DNA of 41,687 bases from positions 1 to 41,687 of the IMG/VR virus record IMGVR_UViG_3300020045_011739, one strand, 5' to 3'. Position 1 is the stretch's first letter. Each line of letters starts with the position of its first letter. The notes under the pieces were generated by a model that was not told the DNA's origin, searched no databases, and saw nothing but the letters and a program-made list of their open reading frames with translations. This stretch comes from a virus. Taxonomy: Duplodnaviria; Caudoviricetes. Made by a program: the position numbers and the translations under genes. Positions 24,351 to 34,087 of the stretch are shown here, one piece after another.

Positions 24351-26450
24351 ATGAGTATGGAATCGTTTGACGACTTAGATAATCCCATTTCGACAGAAGA
24401 GGTAATTCCTTTTCAATTTAGAGAAGATAAGACCAAGGATGGGACGTTAGAGTGGCTTAATAAAAGATTTGATAGAGTCTATGAAGCATCATTCGCTCGC
24501 TTCATCATGTATAAAAGATTCTTAGGTTACTATAAGAATAGCCAAGAAGATGCTACTGAGGGCATGGGTCACAATGCCGTCAAAGGTGCGAATAAAAAAC
24601 CTAAGATGAGAGATAACATTGTCTGGGATCTGGTTGACCAGAAGACAGCAGAGATTTCTAAATCTTCTCCTAAAGTTGCCTTTATTCCTCAGTCATACTT
24701 CGATCAAGACGATATTAATAACGCTAAAGCTTGTAAGATCTTATGCCAGTCTCGTATGGAAGAGATGAAGTTTGATGCTATCTTAACTAAGCAAGATAGA
24801 ATCATGTTCCTATTTGGGCATACTATCTCTGAAGTATGTTGGGATGAATGTGCAGGCCCACTAAATCCAAAATATGAAGCAAAGAAAAAATCTACAGGCG
24901 ATAAAGTCCCTAAAATAGATGAGAATGGAATTGTTGTTGAAGGCAAATACCTCAAGGATGAAGACATGCATTTGGGGGATTGGGTTATTAAACCTCTACT
25001 CCCTTGGTACTGCTTCCCCGAAGAAACTAAAAAAAGCATTAAAGATTGCGACTACTTTGAAACTATTGAATGGAAGTTCAGACAAGAAGTTGAAGCAGAC
25101 TACCCTAAAGCTAAAGGTTTAATCAAAGCTAATGCTCACGTACTATGGGAGATGTCAGCAAACACCCTAACTATTCCAGACAATATGGTTATGGTTCGCA
25201 CGTTCTGGCATAAACCCACTAAGTACTACCCTGAAGGTTGTAAGATCATCTATTGCAATGACCTAATCCTAGAGCACATTGATTTCCCTTATGAAGATAA
25301 GGAGCTTCCATTTGTTGAAGATAAAGACATTGAAGTTATGGATGAATTCTGGGGTCGTCCGTTTATCATCAACGTAGAACAATATTATAAGATGAATAAC
25401 TCTATCTTATCATCTCAGGCCAGAGCACATGGGGTATTGTCGGCACCTAAGTATGTTTACCCCGAAGGTTCAGTAGATAAGCAATCACTTAACAATGAAT
25501 TTGGATCTATTGCATATCGTGGTGGAGTGGCACCTCAAGTATTACAACACAACTATGTAAACCGTGGGGAAATTGAACTGGCCGCTAGTATCGCTTCTCG
25601 AACGGGGAAACTTGCCCGATTATTTGACGTATCACGAGGAAATGTACCCCCCGGAATCACAGCAGCACAAGCTCTAAGATTGCTGGAAGAACAACAATTC
25701 CAAGCTATGTCTGTTACATCTAACAACCGTAAGCAGAGAGTATTAGACTTGTACCGATTTGGCATCAAACGTATGGCACAATTCTATAAACCTGATGACG
25801 GCCGTATGTCTCGTATTCTAGGTTCTAATAATAGCTACCTAATGACATCATTTACTAAATTTGATTTCAATCTCATCTACGACCTTCGTATTGAAAACAA
25901 GTCGGCATTATCTGACTCACCTGCTTCTCGTATGGCAGAAATCGTAGATCTAAACATTGCTACTCAAACTGACCCTATCTTTAAGAAGAAAGAGACAGTT
26001 AAACTACTAGGTTTAAATCTAATCGAAGCTTTCCAAGATGAAGTCACCTATGCAATTGATACCGCAAAGCAATGTCTAGATATGATTATCAATGGAGAAC
26101 AAGCTCCTGATCCTGAAGGGACTGATGGTCTATTGGAATTCTATGGAGTGTTTAGCAGATTTGTGGAATCTCCAGAATATAAATTTGTAATCAGACCAGA
26201 CACTAAGCAAGTTATTATGGACTACATTATGGCAATCGAGATGCTTGCTTACGAGAAGTCAGTTAAGAATCCTAAGTTTGCAGCAGAGCTAGCAACTTTC
26301 GAGAAGTATCCTATGGTGTTCACCCCTCCTGTAGTGGCCGCACCAAGCAACCCAGCAGCAACACAACCTCAAAATACAGGGAGTCAATCTTCAGCACGTA
26401 TGGAAAATACTATGAAGCAAATTGACTCTGAAAACCAAGGAGCTATTTAA
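24351..26450 (+). CDS. Portal protein (P22-like size)
   Basis: 699 aa after TerL; P22-like features (PF..., GRPF, A-ALRLL-E, YKP). Confidence 0.88.
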   Translation: MSMESFDDLDNPISTEEVIPFQFREDKTKDGTLEWLNKRFDRVYEASFARFIMYKRFLGYYKNSQEDATEGMGHNAVKGANKKPKMRDNIVWDLVDQKTAEISKSSPKVAFIPQSYFDQDDINNAKACKILCQSRMEEMKFDAILTKQDRIMFLFGHTISEVCWDECAGPLNPKYEAKKKSTGDKVPKIDENGIVVEGKYLKDEDMHLGDWVIKPLLPWYCFPEETKKSIKDCDYFETIEWKFRQEVEADYPKAKGLIKANAHVLWEMSANTLTIPDNMVMVRTFWHKPTKYYPEGCKIIYCNDLILEHIDFPYEDKELPFVEDKDIEVMDEFWGRPFIINVEQYYKMNNSILSSQARAHGVLSAPKYVYPEGSVDKQSLNNEFGSIAYRGGVAPQVLQHNYVNRGEIELAASIASRTGKLARLFDVSRGNVPPGITAAQALRLLEEQQFQAMSVTSNNRKQRVLDLYRFGIKRMAQFYKPDDGRMSRILGSNNSYLMTSFTKFDFNLIYDLRIENKSALSDSPASRMAEIVDLNIATQTDPIFKKKETVKLLGLNLIEAFQDEVTYAIDTAKQCLDMIINGEQAPDPEGTDGLLEFYGVFSRFVESPEYKFVIRPDTKQVIMDYIMAIEMLAYEKSVKNPKFAAELATFEKYPMVFTPPVVAAPSNPAATQPQNTGSQSSARMENTMKQIDSENQGAI

Positions 26451-27694
26451 TGTCGACGGAAAACACTGAAACCTTTGAAACTTTCGAATCTTTCGATGGC
26501 GGATCAGAAGAAATGGAAACTTTTGATAACATGGAAAATGAGGAAACAGAGAAGCCAGTAAAAGAGAAAGTTAAAGAAGATTTAAAACCTATCAAAGACT
26601 CCCAGACCGATGCTGAGGGAAAGGTTATTAAAGAAGACGGAGAAGAAAAGAAAGAGAAAGTAGCTAAAAGAATTAAGAAAGAAGAAACATTTGATGACGA
26701 GGGAGAAGAGGAAACAGAACCTACTATTATCACAGGAGAGAACGAACTACCTGAAGATAAGAAAGGCGGAAAACTTCGTATCCGTATGGGAGATGGAGAT
26801 TTATATAACATAGATGCGTTATCTACTGTACCTGTAAAAATTGATGGGAAAGTAGAGGAAGTACCTATGCAGGAGCTTATTAATAACTATTCGGGTAAAA
26901 CTGCATGGGATAAAAAGTTTACTGAAATAGGGAAAGAAAAGAAAACTATAGAATTTGAAAAAAATGCTATCCAGGTTCAGAAAGATAAACTGACTGAACA
27001 TGTCAACAATGCCCTAGCTCCTATTAGAGACGCTAGTAAAAATCCTTTAGATTCTTTGCTTTATTTAGTTGAAATGTCTGGAGAAGACCCTTATGCTGCT
27101 TATAGACGCATTATGGAAGCTAATTTAGAAGAGTTAACTTCCCTAATGGATATGGGTGAAACAGAGCGCGAGCTTTATTTTCACAAAAAGAAAGACGAGC
27201 TTCATGGCAAAGTTGCAAAGCAGCGCAATGAGAGAACGAGTAAAGATCTTGCCCTTAATCAGGCGATCGAGAAAGTTAACCAATTACGCCAAGCCCACAA
27301 TGTAACTGAGGATGAATTCGTAGATGCTTCTGAGGAATTAGAAGAATCGTTCAAGGCACAGGGACTCGATGCCAATAGCATCACTGAAGAACAAGTGGTT
27401 GATTTCGCTAGCTTAAAACCACACATTGTTTCAGTAAAAGAGTTAATCGAACCTTACGAGGATAACATTTCTGATGAGAAGTATGGAGATGTAGTGGCCC
27501 AATTATCGCGCAATCTCAGGGACGGGAAAGTAGATAAGAAAGGCATCTCAGAGATCCTTAAGAGAAACTTCTCAGTGGATGAGGAAGTTAAGGAACTAAA
27601 CACTAAGCTATACCAGAAACAGTCGGCAAAGAAGCCAGCTAAGAAGGTAGAATCAGAAGAATCCATGGAGGAATCTTTTGACGATTGGGATTAA
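26450..27694 (+). CDS. Capsid scaffolding protein
   Basis: Highly acidic; VKIDGKVEEV...ELINNYS...DKK motif; between portal and capsid. Confidence 0.85.
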   Translation: MSTENTETFETFESFDGGSEEMETFDNMENEETEKPVKEKVKEDLKPIKDSQTDAEGKVIKEDGEEKKEKVAKRIKKEETFDDEGEEETEPTIITGENELPEDKKGGKLRIRMGDGDLYNIDALSTVPVKIDGKVEEVPMQELINNYSGKTAWDKKFTEIGKEKKTIEFEKNAIQVQKDKLTEHVNNALAPIRDASKNPLDSLLYLVEMSGEDPYAAYRRIMEANLEELTSLMDMGETERELYFHKKKDELHGKVAKQRNERTSKDLALNQAIEKVNQLRQAHNVTEDEFVDASEELEESFKAQGLDANSITEEQVVDFASLKPHIVSVKELIEPYEDNISDEKYGDVVAQLSRNLRDGKVDKKGISEILKRNFSVDEEVKELNTKLYQKQSAKKPAKKVESEESMEESFDDWD

Positions 27695-27720
27695 TTTTTA
27701 TTTAAACAAAGGAATGTTTT

Positions 27721-28986
27721 ATGGCCAATGAATATAGTATCGCAGAACAAGAAGGGTTGTTTTTAACTCTCTTCAAAAACCGTTCAGCAAACATGTACAA
27801 CTCAGCTAACGTACTCGAAGGTCGTATTAAAAAGACTAACGATTTCGTAGGTAAGCAAATGAACGTTGAAACTCAACTTTCATTCGCTGGTGGTTACGGT
27901 GCTAAACTTCTTCCAAACGGTAACCCGTCTTTGGTTGAACAAGCTGTAATTACCGCTAAAAAACACTACTCACGTGTTTTTGTTGATAGAGAGTCACTTA
28001 AAGCTGCTTCATCTTCTAAAGGTGCTTTCCAGACTTACTTAGCTTTCCCTATCAAAAAAACTGTTGAAGACTTCATGCGCAACATGGGTCGTATTAACTT
28101 TGGCGATGGTACAGGTATTCTAGGTCGTGGTGCTGGTGCAACTAACGTAGCTGGTAACGGTTCTACTGCTACTCCATACGTTGTTATTCTTCGTGCTTCT
28201 GACTTCAACGTAGCTAACTTCGAAGAGAAGTCTATTGTTCAATTAGTTACTGGCCTTAACGCTGGTGACAACTTAGGTGGAGCTGCTGAAGGTGGCGATT
28301 CAATCACTAACCTTCTTGAAATTGCTGCAGTAAATAAATCTACTCGCGCTATTTCTCTAGTTGGTACTTCTGCTTCATTAGCTGCCTTAACAGGTGCTGG
28401 CCCATTACCTACTACTTCAGGTCTAGTTCCTCAGCGTTCTTACCTTGCAGAAGCTCAAGGTCTTAAAGGTGCCCTGATGGCAACTACTGGAACTCTTTAC
28501 GGAATTACAGTACAACGCCGTTGGAAAGCTACTCAAGTAGATGCTGGTGCTTCAGGTATCGTAGTTGATATGATGAATGATGTTATGCTTCAAGTTGAAC
28601 AATCGTTCGGCGAGTCTCCTAACATGATTATCTGTAACTACAACCAATACCGTAAGATCCTAGCTCAACTTGAAGATCAGAAGCGTTATAACCTCCCGAA
28701 CAAAAACGTGAAAGGTCACATGGGCTTTTCTGGTGTTGAGTACATGGGTACTGCTGGTTCAGTGGGTATTTTCGTAGACCGTTTCTGTGATGAAGACAAA
28801 ATCTACTTCCTTAACGACAAATACATTCACCGTTATCACCGTCCGGGTGGAGCAGAGTGGCATAAAGACCCTTCTATCTTCATGAGAACGAATGAGGAAG
28901 ATGTTCTTGAAGCTCGTTACGGTTCGTACATGGAGCAATTCATTACACCAACTGCTCACGGGGTTCTTTACAACCTTGCAAAATAG
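27721..28986 (+). CDS. Major capsid protein
   Basis: Position, strongly biased codon usage, HK97-like C-terminal pattern (IFVDRFC...IYFLN...HGVLYNL), strong terminator after it. Confidence 0.9.
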   Translation: MANEYSIAEQEGLFLTLFKNRSANMYNSANVLEGRIKKTNDFVGKQMNVETQLSFAGGYGAKLLPNGNPSLVEQAVITAKKHYSRVFVDRESLKAASSSKGAFQTYLAFPIKKTVEDFMRNMGRINFGDGTGILGRGAGATNVAGNGSTATPYVVILRASDFNVANFEEKSIVQLVTGLNAGDNLGGAAEGGDSITNLLEIAAVNKSTRAISLVGTSASLAALTGAGPLPTTSGLVPQRSYLAEAQGLKGALMATTGTLYGITVQRRWKATQVDAGASGIVVDMMNDVMLQVEQSFGESPNMIICNYNQYRKILAQLEDQKRYNLPNKNVKGHMGFSGVEYMGTAGSVGIFVDRFCDEDKIYFLNDKYIHRYHRPGGAEWHKDPSIFMRTNEEDVLEARYGSYMEQFITPTAHGVLYNLAK

Positions 28987-29013
28987 TTTGTAGAGTTATT
29001 AGAAATAATAGAG

Positions 29014-29040
29014 AAAGGCATCCTACGGGGTGCCTTTTTT
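29014..29040 (+). terminator. Intrinsic terminator after the capsid gene
   Basis: AAAGGCATCC-TACG-GGGTGCCTTTTTT (UNCG tetraloop). Confidence 0.88.
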
Positions 29041-29121
29041 GTTGCAATCCCATAACATCCAAGTAAGCTTTTAAATAGAAGCAATTATGCTTTCGCCCCT
29101 GAGGCTAACACAAGGATAGTT

Positions 29122-29478
29122 ATGTTATTTTCTTTATTGCGTTCTCTTAAATGTCGTCAAGTTGGTCAAATCCAATTAAACATCTCAGTAAATGGTACTG
29201 CGGGTACTCCAGTAGCTTCAGGCCCGGATGCTTCATTTATTGACTCAATCACTGATGGTGGAGCAGGTCTTTATACCATCGTTCTCAAAGAATCTGGGAA
29301 GTTGGCTCCTTTCGTTTCAGGTCTAGTATCTCTCACAGATCTAGCGAATGGTCGCGTAGTAGCTACTACTGTTAGCTCTATTACAGTACAATTTGATAAC
29401 TCCACATCAGGTGCAGCGGTCGATGCTGACTTCAACATCCAATTTCAAGTTATGGATCAACTTTCTTACTACTTCTAA
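29122..29478 (+). CDS. Putative capsid decoration or abundant virion protein
   Basis: Beta-rich, capsid-like codon bias, bracketed by terminators. Confidence 0.6.
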   Translation: MLFSLLRSLKCRQVGQIQLNISVNGTAGTPVASGPDASFIDSITDGGAGLYTIVLKESGKLAPFVSGLVSLTDLANGRVVATTVSSITVQFDNSTSGAAVDADFNIQFQVMDQLSYYF

Positions 29479-29487
29479 TTAAAATCT

Positions 29488-29509
29488 AAGGGAGCCTCGG
29501 CTCCCTTTT
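29488..29509 (+). terminator. Intrinsic terminator
   Basis: AAGGGAGC-CTCG-GCTCCCTTTT. Confidence 0.82.
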
Positions 29510-29539
29510 ACACTAAAATCACCCACAAGGAGTGTAGGT

Positions 29540-31195
29540 ATGGCGACAGATAGCGGTTTTTCTAACCAAAAAAAGAAAGGAATTGCCCAATACGAGACAA
29601 TTCATAATCTAGGTTCTAGCTCTTACGGTAAATCCGCAGCATCTAAAGCACTATTTGAAATACTCCCTTCAGCAGCTATTGTATCAGTTTCGGATATTTT
29701 AGGGAGTGACGGTCAGGTTCAATATTGGAATATAGAACTTACGGGACATACTGCCTCAGTAGGGAATACCCTGCGCTTTGATTCTGGTTCACTTTTAAAC
29801 TCTTATTTCGAAATCATGCAAGTTATCGACGTAGATAACTTTTATGTTTTGCCTATTTCAGACATCAAACCAGCCGCAGCTATGACAGCTACAGTTATGG
29901 GTTGGGTGACACAAAAGATGTCAGTAGACGGTGAGGTAAGCGTATCAATCACATCTACACCTACTTCGTATGAGTATGACGGTCTGCCTCAAACAGTTAT
30001 CCAAGATACGGCGGATTCTACAAATAATAGAGCACTGCCTAATCTAAATTTTATCTATAAAGAAGGTCTTCAGGTACCAGTGACCGATAGCGCAACTCCT
30101 GCCAATGTTATCGCTATGCCTGTTAAGATTATGTCTGCGGGCGGTTCAAATATTAACATTACCGCTGGAGATATAAACATCCAGACTACCGATATGGGTG
30201 CAAGCTTTGACTCAATTCGAGTGGGGGATGGTTCTGGTAATTATATTGGAGTAAACGCTTCAGCAGAAGCCAAAGTACATGATGCAGATTCTTTAGCAGA
30301 ATTAGTATTAATTAAAGCATCAGCAGCAGCATCGGCAACAGCAGCAAAACAAGATCTACTACTAGCAGAACTCCAATTAAAAGCTGATTTAACTGAGACT
30401 CAACCAGTCTCAGTTGCTTCGTTACCACTACCTACGGGAGCGGCAACTGAAGCCAAACAAGACACTGGAAATACTTCTCTTAGTTCTATTGATGCTAAGC
30501 TAACATCTCCACTTTCTTCAAAAATCAGTAACGGAACTATAACAGCAGAAATAAAGCCCCTAGGGACTCAAGTAGCCTCGGGGGATAATGGACTTGTTGT
30601 AAATTCTGTTATCCACGGCGTAACTACTGGAGGAGGAGGGAGCTTCGTAGACGTTAAAGTCACTCCGTCTGGAGCTTTAACCACTGAGTCTACCATCTCT
30701 GGGACTGTGGCCATTTCTGCAGCATCTCTTCCATTACCTACGGGAGCGGCAACTGAAGTATCTTTAGCCTCATTACTAGCAAAATTTGGAACATTAGGAC
30801 AGAAAGCAAACGTCGGTTCTGCGCCGGTTACCCTGTCAACTGAACAACAAGCACTTCTTTCAGATATTTCGACAAAGCTAGACACAGTTATAGTTAACCT
30901 CGATATATTGGCCACGGAAGCTCAAACAACTAGAAATTTAGACTCTACCCCCAAAATTATTGCAACCAACCCCGCTGTTTTGGCTCCCTCGGGGGCTAGA
31001 GGATTTGTTATTCAAAACTCTATTGTAGCTAATGGGGCATTGAGATTCACGCAACAAGGTGGAGGAGCCTCTGCCACTGTAGGATTTTACTTAGGCGTTG
31101 GACAGTCAACATCATACATCGAAGGTGCAGCCAACTTGGCCTTATTTGATGTAGATGGACTTGGATTCGACGCAACGATTATTTGGTTCACTTAA
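29540..31195 (+). CDS. Putative tail/head fibre protein
   Basis: Ser/Thr/Ala/Gly-rich; SLPLPTGAATE and AKQD repeats; short coiled coils. Confidence 0.7.
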   Translation: MATDSGFSNQKKKGIAQYETIHNLGSSSYGKSAASKALFEILPSAAIVSVSDILGSDGQVQYWNIELTGHTASVGNTLRFDSGSLLNSYFEIMQVIDVDNFYVLPISDIKPAAAMTATVMGWVTQKMSVDGEVSVSITSTPTSYEYDGLPQTVIQDTADSTNNRALPNLNFIYKEGLQVPVTDSATPANVIAMPVKIMSAGGSNINITAGDINIQTTDMGASFDSIRVGDGSGNYIGVNASAEAKVHDADSLAELVLIKASAAASATAAKQDLLLAELQLKADLTETQPVSVASLPLPTGAATEAKQDTGNTSLSSIDAKLTSPLSSKISNGTITAEIKPLGTQVASGDNGLVVNSVIHGVTTGGGGSFVDVKVTPSGALTTESTISGTVAISAASLPLPTGAATEVSLASLLAKFGTLGQKANVGSAPVTLSTEQQALLSDISTKLDTVIVNLDILATEAQTTRNLDSTPKIIATNPAVLAPSGARGFVIQNSIVANGALRFTQQGGGASATVGFYLGVGQSTSYIEGAANLALFDVDGLGFDATIIWFT

Positions 31196-31205
31196 GAGGT
31201 ATCTT

Positions 31206-33197
31206 ATGAAAAATTTAACTACTCTACTATTTGCTATTTTTACCTTAAATGCCTTTGGACAAGGTGACGCCCCTCCGTTTACTCAAGGTCAGAGTCAAGC
31301 GTCTAAAGCAGTTTCATCAGTCATTAAAGTTCCTCATAGCCAGGTAACAAAATTATCCTCATCTCAAGCATTACTTGAAACCGGTAACAAGAATCGCCTA
31401 ATCAACCCTGGCTTCGAGCACACCATCTACAACACTGGATGGTCAGGCGCTTTAACAGGTACGGCATCAAGCTCGGCCGCAGCGGTTACTCCAGCACTAG
31501 AGGGATCAAAAAGCCTCCAGCTTACTTGTAACGGTGGCGCATCGGGTGGAACCTGTACTTACTATCAGGACGCTAACACATCATTTGCGACAATCGCAGA
31601 AACTTCAATCTTCTTAAAGTCTGATGAATCTACTGGTGCCGTGAAGGTAATGGCGAGAAAGAACGGCGTAAACTCTACTGACTATTCCGTAACAAGCGAA
31701 GGCAAGACGGTAGGTAAATACTACGCCTATCAAATTCTTGGTGAAGAGTCAGGCTCTACAAGCTCTGGAATCATTATTGAGATTACTGTCGCTGCTTCTG
31801 GATCGGTAACTATCGAAGCTGATGAAGCGAAGGTAGCAGTCTCCGAGAAGTTTTCGGCGGTGGTGAATTTGAGCACTGATACCGATTGGGCATCATGTGG
31901 TCACACAACCTCGGACTTCACAGGATTCGGAACTGTAACAAGCATTGAGACCCAGTGCAAGAGAAGCGGCGGCGACCTTTTAATGAGAGGGAAGTTCACA
32001 GTAGGCACACCAACAGGAGTCGAGGCAAGATTAGCACTTAAACACAACGGGAACGCCCTAACATCTAAAGGAGTTTCCACTATTGCGTCACTACAACAAG
32101 CAGGAGATGCAATACAAAACGGATCAGGCACAACGTATTTCAGAAACGCATTATTGATTGAACCGTCTGTCACATATGCAACATTCGGGCATCAGTCATC
32201 AACGCTAGCAGCTTTATCTAAAATGAACGGTAACGTTGTGGGGGCAGGAACTGTTTTTTCAATTAACAACGTATCAATACCGATAAATGGCTGGACTGCC
32301 AACTCAAACTACATCACAACAACCAATGATGTTTTCTCAACTGATACGGCATCACTATTTCACAAAGCTACTGCGTGTTTATCGACCGAGATTGGTTGTT
32401 TCAATACTTACTCTTACGCGATCAATTCAAACACGAAAACGATTTGTGCGACTGCACCAACTCAGACAATTGCAAGCATGAATGCGAATGGTATTCAAAT
32501 TTTCACTCGTGCTTATAATGCTGCTTCGACTTGTGGAAATCCTGCGAGGTTTGAGCTAATGGTGGGCACAAAATACAAAACATCTTATCCGATTAATCTA
32601 TACAAAAACACAGGCAAAGACATTTCTGGGAACCTTGACCCACTTGTCTCATCTAGTGTTAGTGAGTTTGGCGCGCTCATGCGCACATACTCAGAGACGA
32701 CAGGAAAGCTTGTTGTAGACGTAGGTCGCAGAATTCAGGGTTCTACTACTGGGGCATATCTTTACTTTGAGGATGATTCAAATCCGACAACTGGTTATGT
32801 GGTTATCAATGACTCCAAAAACGGCAATCTCAGCGGAATCAATGCCGGCGAGTTTGTTAAATCAATCGGAAGCAATGGCAATGTAGATGTTCAGAGTGTT
32901 TATTTTGGGAGTGGGGCTACTTGCTCAACTGCTTGCACGACTGGGACTTGCACCATCTGTAGACAGACTGGAAACAAAATCACAAGTGTAACTTTTGTGT
33001 CGACCGGAAGCTTTAACTTAAACGGAGTAGACGGGACTAAATACAGTTGTGCAGGGTCAGGATATAACGGCGGCTACATGCCAATATTCCAAGACCTTGC
33101 CTCATCAACAAGCTCTCTCGCTAGAGTAGCTATGGGTATCGGTGCAACCGCAACAAATGCGTCTTATGCAAGCGTTACCTGCATCGGAGCTCCATAA
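31206..33197 (+). CDS. Fibre/receptor-binding-like protein with a Sec signal peptide and 14 Cys
   Basis: AAGAGGT SD before ATG 31206; MKNLTTLLFAIFTLNAFG|Q; NRLINPGFE start of a CBM-like domain. Confidence 0.75.
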   Translation: MKNLTTLLFAIFTLNAFGQGDAPPFTQGQSQASKAVSSVIKVPHSQVTKLSSSQALLETGNKNRLINPGFEHTIYNTGWSGALTGTASSSAAAVTPALEGSKSLQLTCNGGASGGTCTYYQDANTSFATIAETSIFLKSDESTGAVKVMARKNGVNSTDYSVTSEGKTVGKYYAYQILGEESGSTSSGIIIEITVAASGSVTIEADEAKVAVSEKFSAVVNLSTDTDWASCGHTTSDFTGFGTVTSIETQCKRSGGDLLMRGKFTVGTPTGVEARLALKHNGNALTSKGVSTIASLQQAGDAIQNGSGTTYFRNALLIEPSVTYATFGHQSSTLAALSKMNGNVVGAGTVFSINNVSIPINGWTANSNYITTTNDVFSTDTASLFHKATACLSTEIGCFNTYSYAINSNTKTICATAPTQTIASMNANGIQIFTRAYNAASTCGNPARFELMVGTKYKTSYPINLYKNTGKDISGNLDPLVSSSVSEFGALMRTYSETTGKLVVDVGRRIQGSTTGAYLYFEDDSNPTTGYVVINDSKNGNLSGINAGEFVKSIGSNGNVDVQSVYFGSGATCSTACTTGTCTICRQTGNKITSVTFVSTGSFNLNGVDGTKYSCAGSGYNGGYMPIFQDLASSTSSLARVAMGIGATATNASYASVTCIGAP

Positions 33198-33847
33198 TGA
33201 AAAAGGACTATATGAAACATATTGCACTCATAGCTTTTACTTATTTTCTAATCTGCTTTTACGGCAAGGCACACGCTTGCCAGATACAAGTACCTACTTC
33301 TGAAGCTCAGAGAATCATGGAAGCTCTACCAAATGGTGTACCTCCACTCTGGTCATGCTCTGATAAGCCAGGCGAGAAATGCCACTGCGCTGATGAGATC
33401 ATTTGGGAACATTCCGAGCTTGTTGACGTTGAAGTGTTTGACCACTTTAAAAAAGTCGATGAGGTTTCTTGCGAGAAAGCAATTAAGCCTGAAGTAGCCG
33501 AAGGCGTAGAGGCTCTACCGTTTAACGAGTACCAAGATTGCGACGATAAGTTCGAAGCTTTGGTATGCAACGGAAATCAAGAAAAGATCAAGAACTACGG
33601 ATTACTCCAAGTTTACTGCGCAAAACCAGTAATGAAGACAGAACCAAAGCTTCAAAACTCTGAAGCTAAAAAAGCTCAGCATAAGGCTGCAAAAGAAGCT
33701 GAGAAGCTTGCCGAGAAAGATAAAGAAGATAAGAAGAAAGCGGCGAAAGATAAGGTTAAAACCTTCAAGTTCAAAGGCACCACAATCAAAGAACTCAGAG
33801 ATGAGCTTAATGATTACATGAAAGAAAATGCTGAGGTGATTGAGTGA
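33197..33847 (+). CDS. Signal-peptide protein with 8 mature Cys and a Lys-rich helix, in the fibre-assembly-gene position (start may be 33212)
   Basis: MKHIALIAFTYFLICFYGKAHA|CQ; TAATG-coupled to the fibre gene. Confidence 0.75.
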   Translation: MKKDYMKHIALIAFTYFLICFYGKAHACQIQVPTSEAQRIMEALPNGVPPLWSCSDKPGEKCHCADEIIWEHSELVDVEVFDHFKKVDEVSCEKAIKPEVAEGVEALPFNEYQDCDDKFEALVCNGNQEKIKNYGLLQVYCAKPVMKTEPKLQNSEAKKAQHKAAKEAEKLAEKDKEDKKKAAKDKVKTFKFKGTTIKELRDELNDYMKENAEVIE

Positions 33848-34086
33848 AAATTGCATGGGCATTTATCTGGCCAGTATTAAAAGTTATCGGTGGGTACTCA
33901 CTTCTGTTGCTTTCTGGATATATTGCAATAGAAAAATGGTCTATCAATACGGCACACACAGTAGTTGAGCCAGTAAGAAAAGAAATGATGGCAGTCAGAA
34001 ACGCAGATTTTCAACACATTAACTCGCGGTTTAATCGGACAGATGCTAAGCTAGATAAGTTACTTGAAGCAATCAGGGAGAAATAA
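33844..34086 (+). CDS. Small membrane protein, holin candidate
   Basis: N-terminal hydrophobic segment, C-terminal coiled coil (DAKLDKLL), GTGA overlap. Confidence 0.55.
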   Translation: MKIAWAFIWPVLKVIGGYSLLLLSGYIAIEKWSINTAHTVVEPVRKEMMAVRNADFQHINSRFNRTDAKLDKLLEAIREK

Positions 34087-34087
34087 T

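Noticed and set aside
31155-31205. ORF-track start at 31155 for the 680-aa protein
   Set aside because: It overlaps the upstream gene by 41 nt without an SD; ATG 31206 has AAGAGGT and exposes a signal peptide.
29540-33847. Diversity-generating retroelement or invertible fibre cassette
   Set aside because: No reverse transcriptase or recombinase, and no ~100-bp template/variable repeat pair seen.
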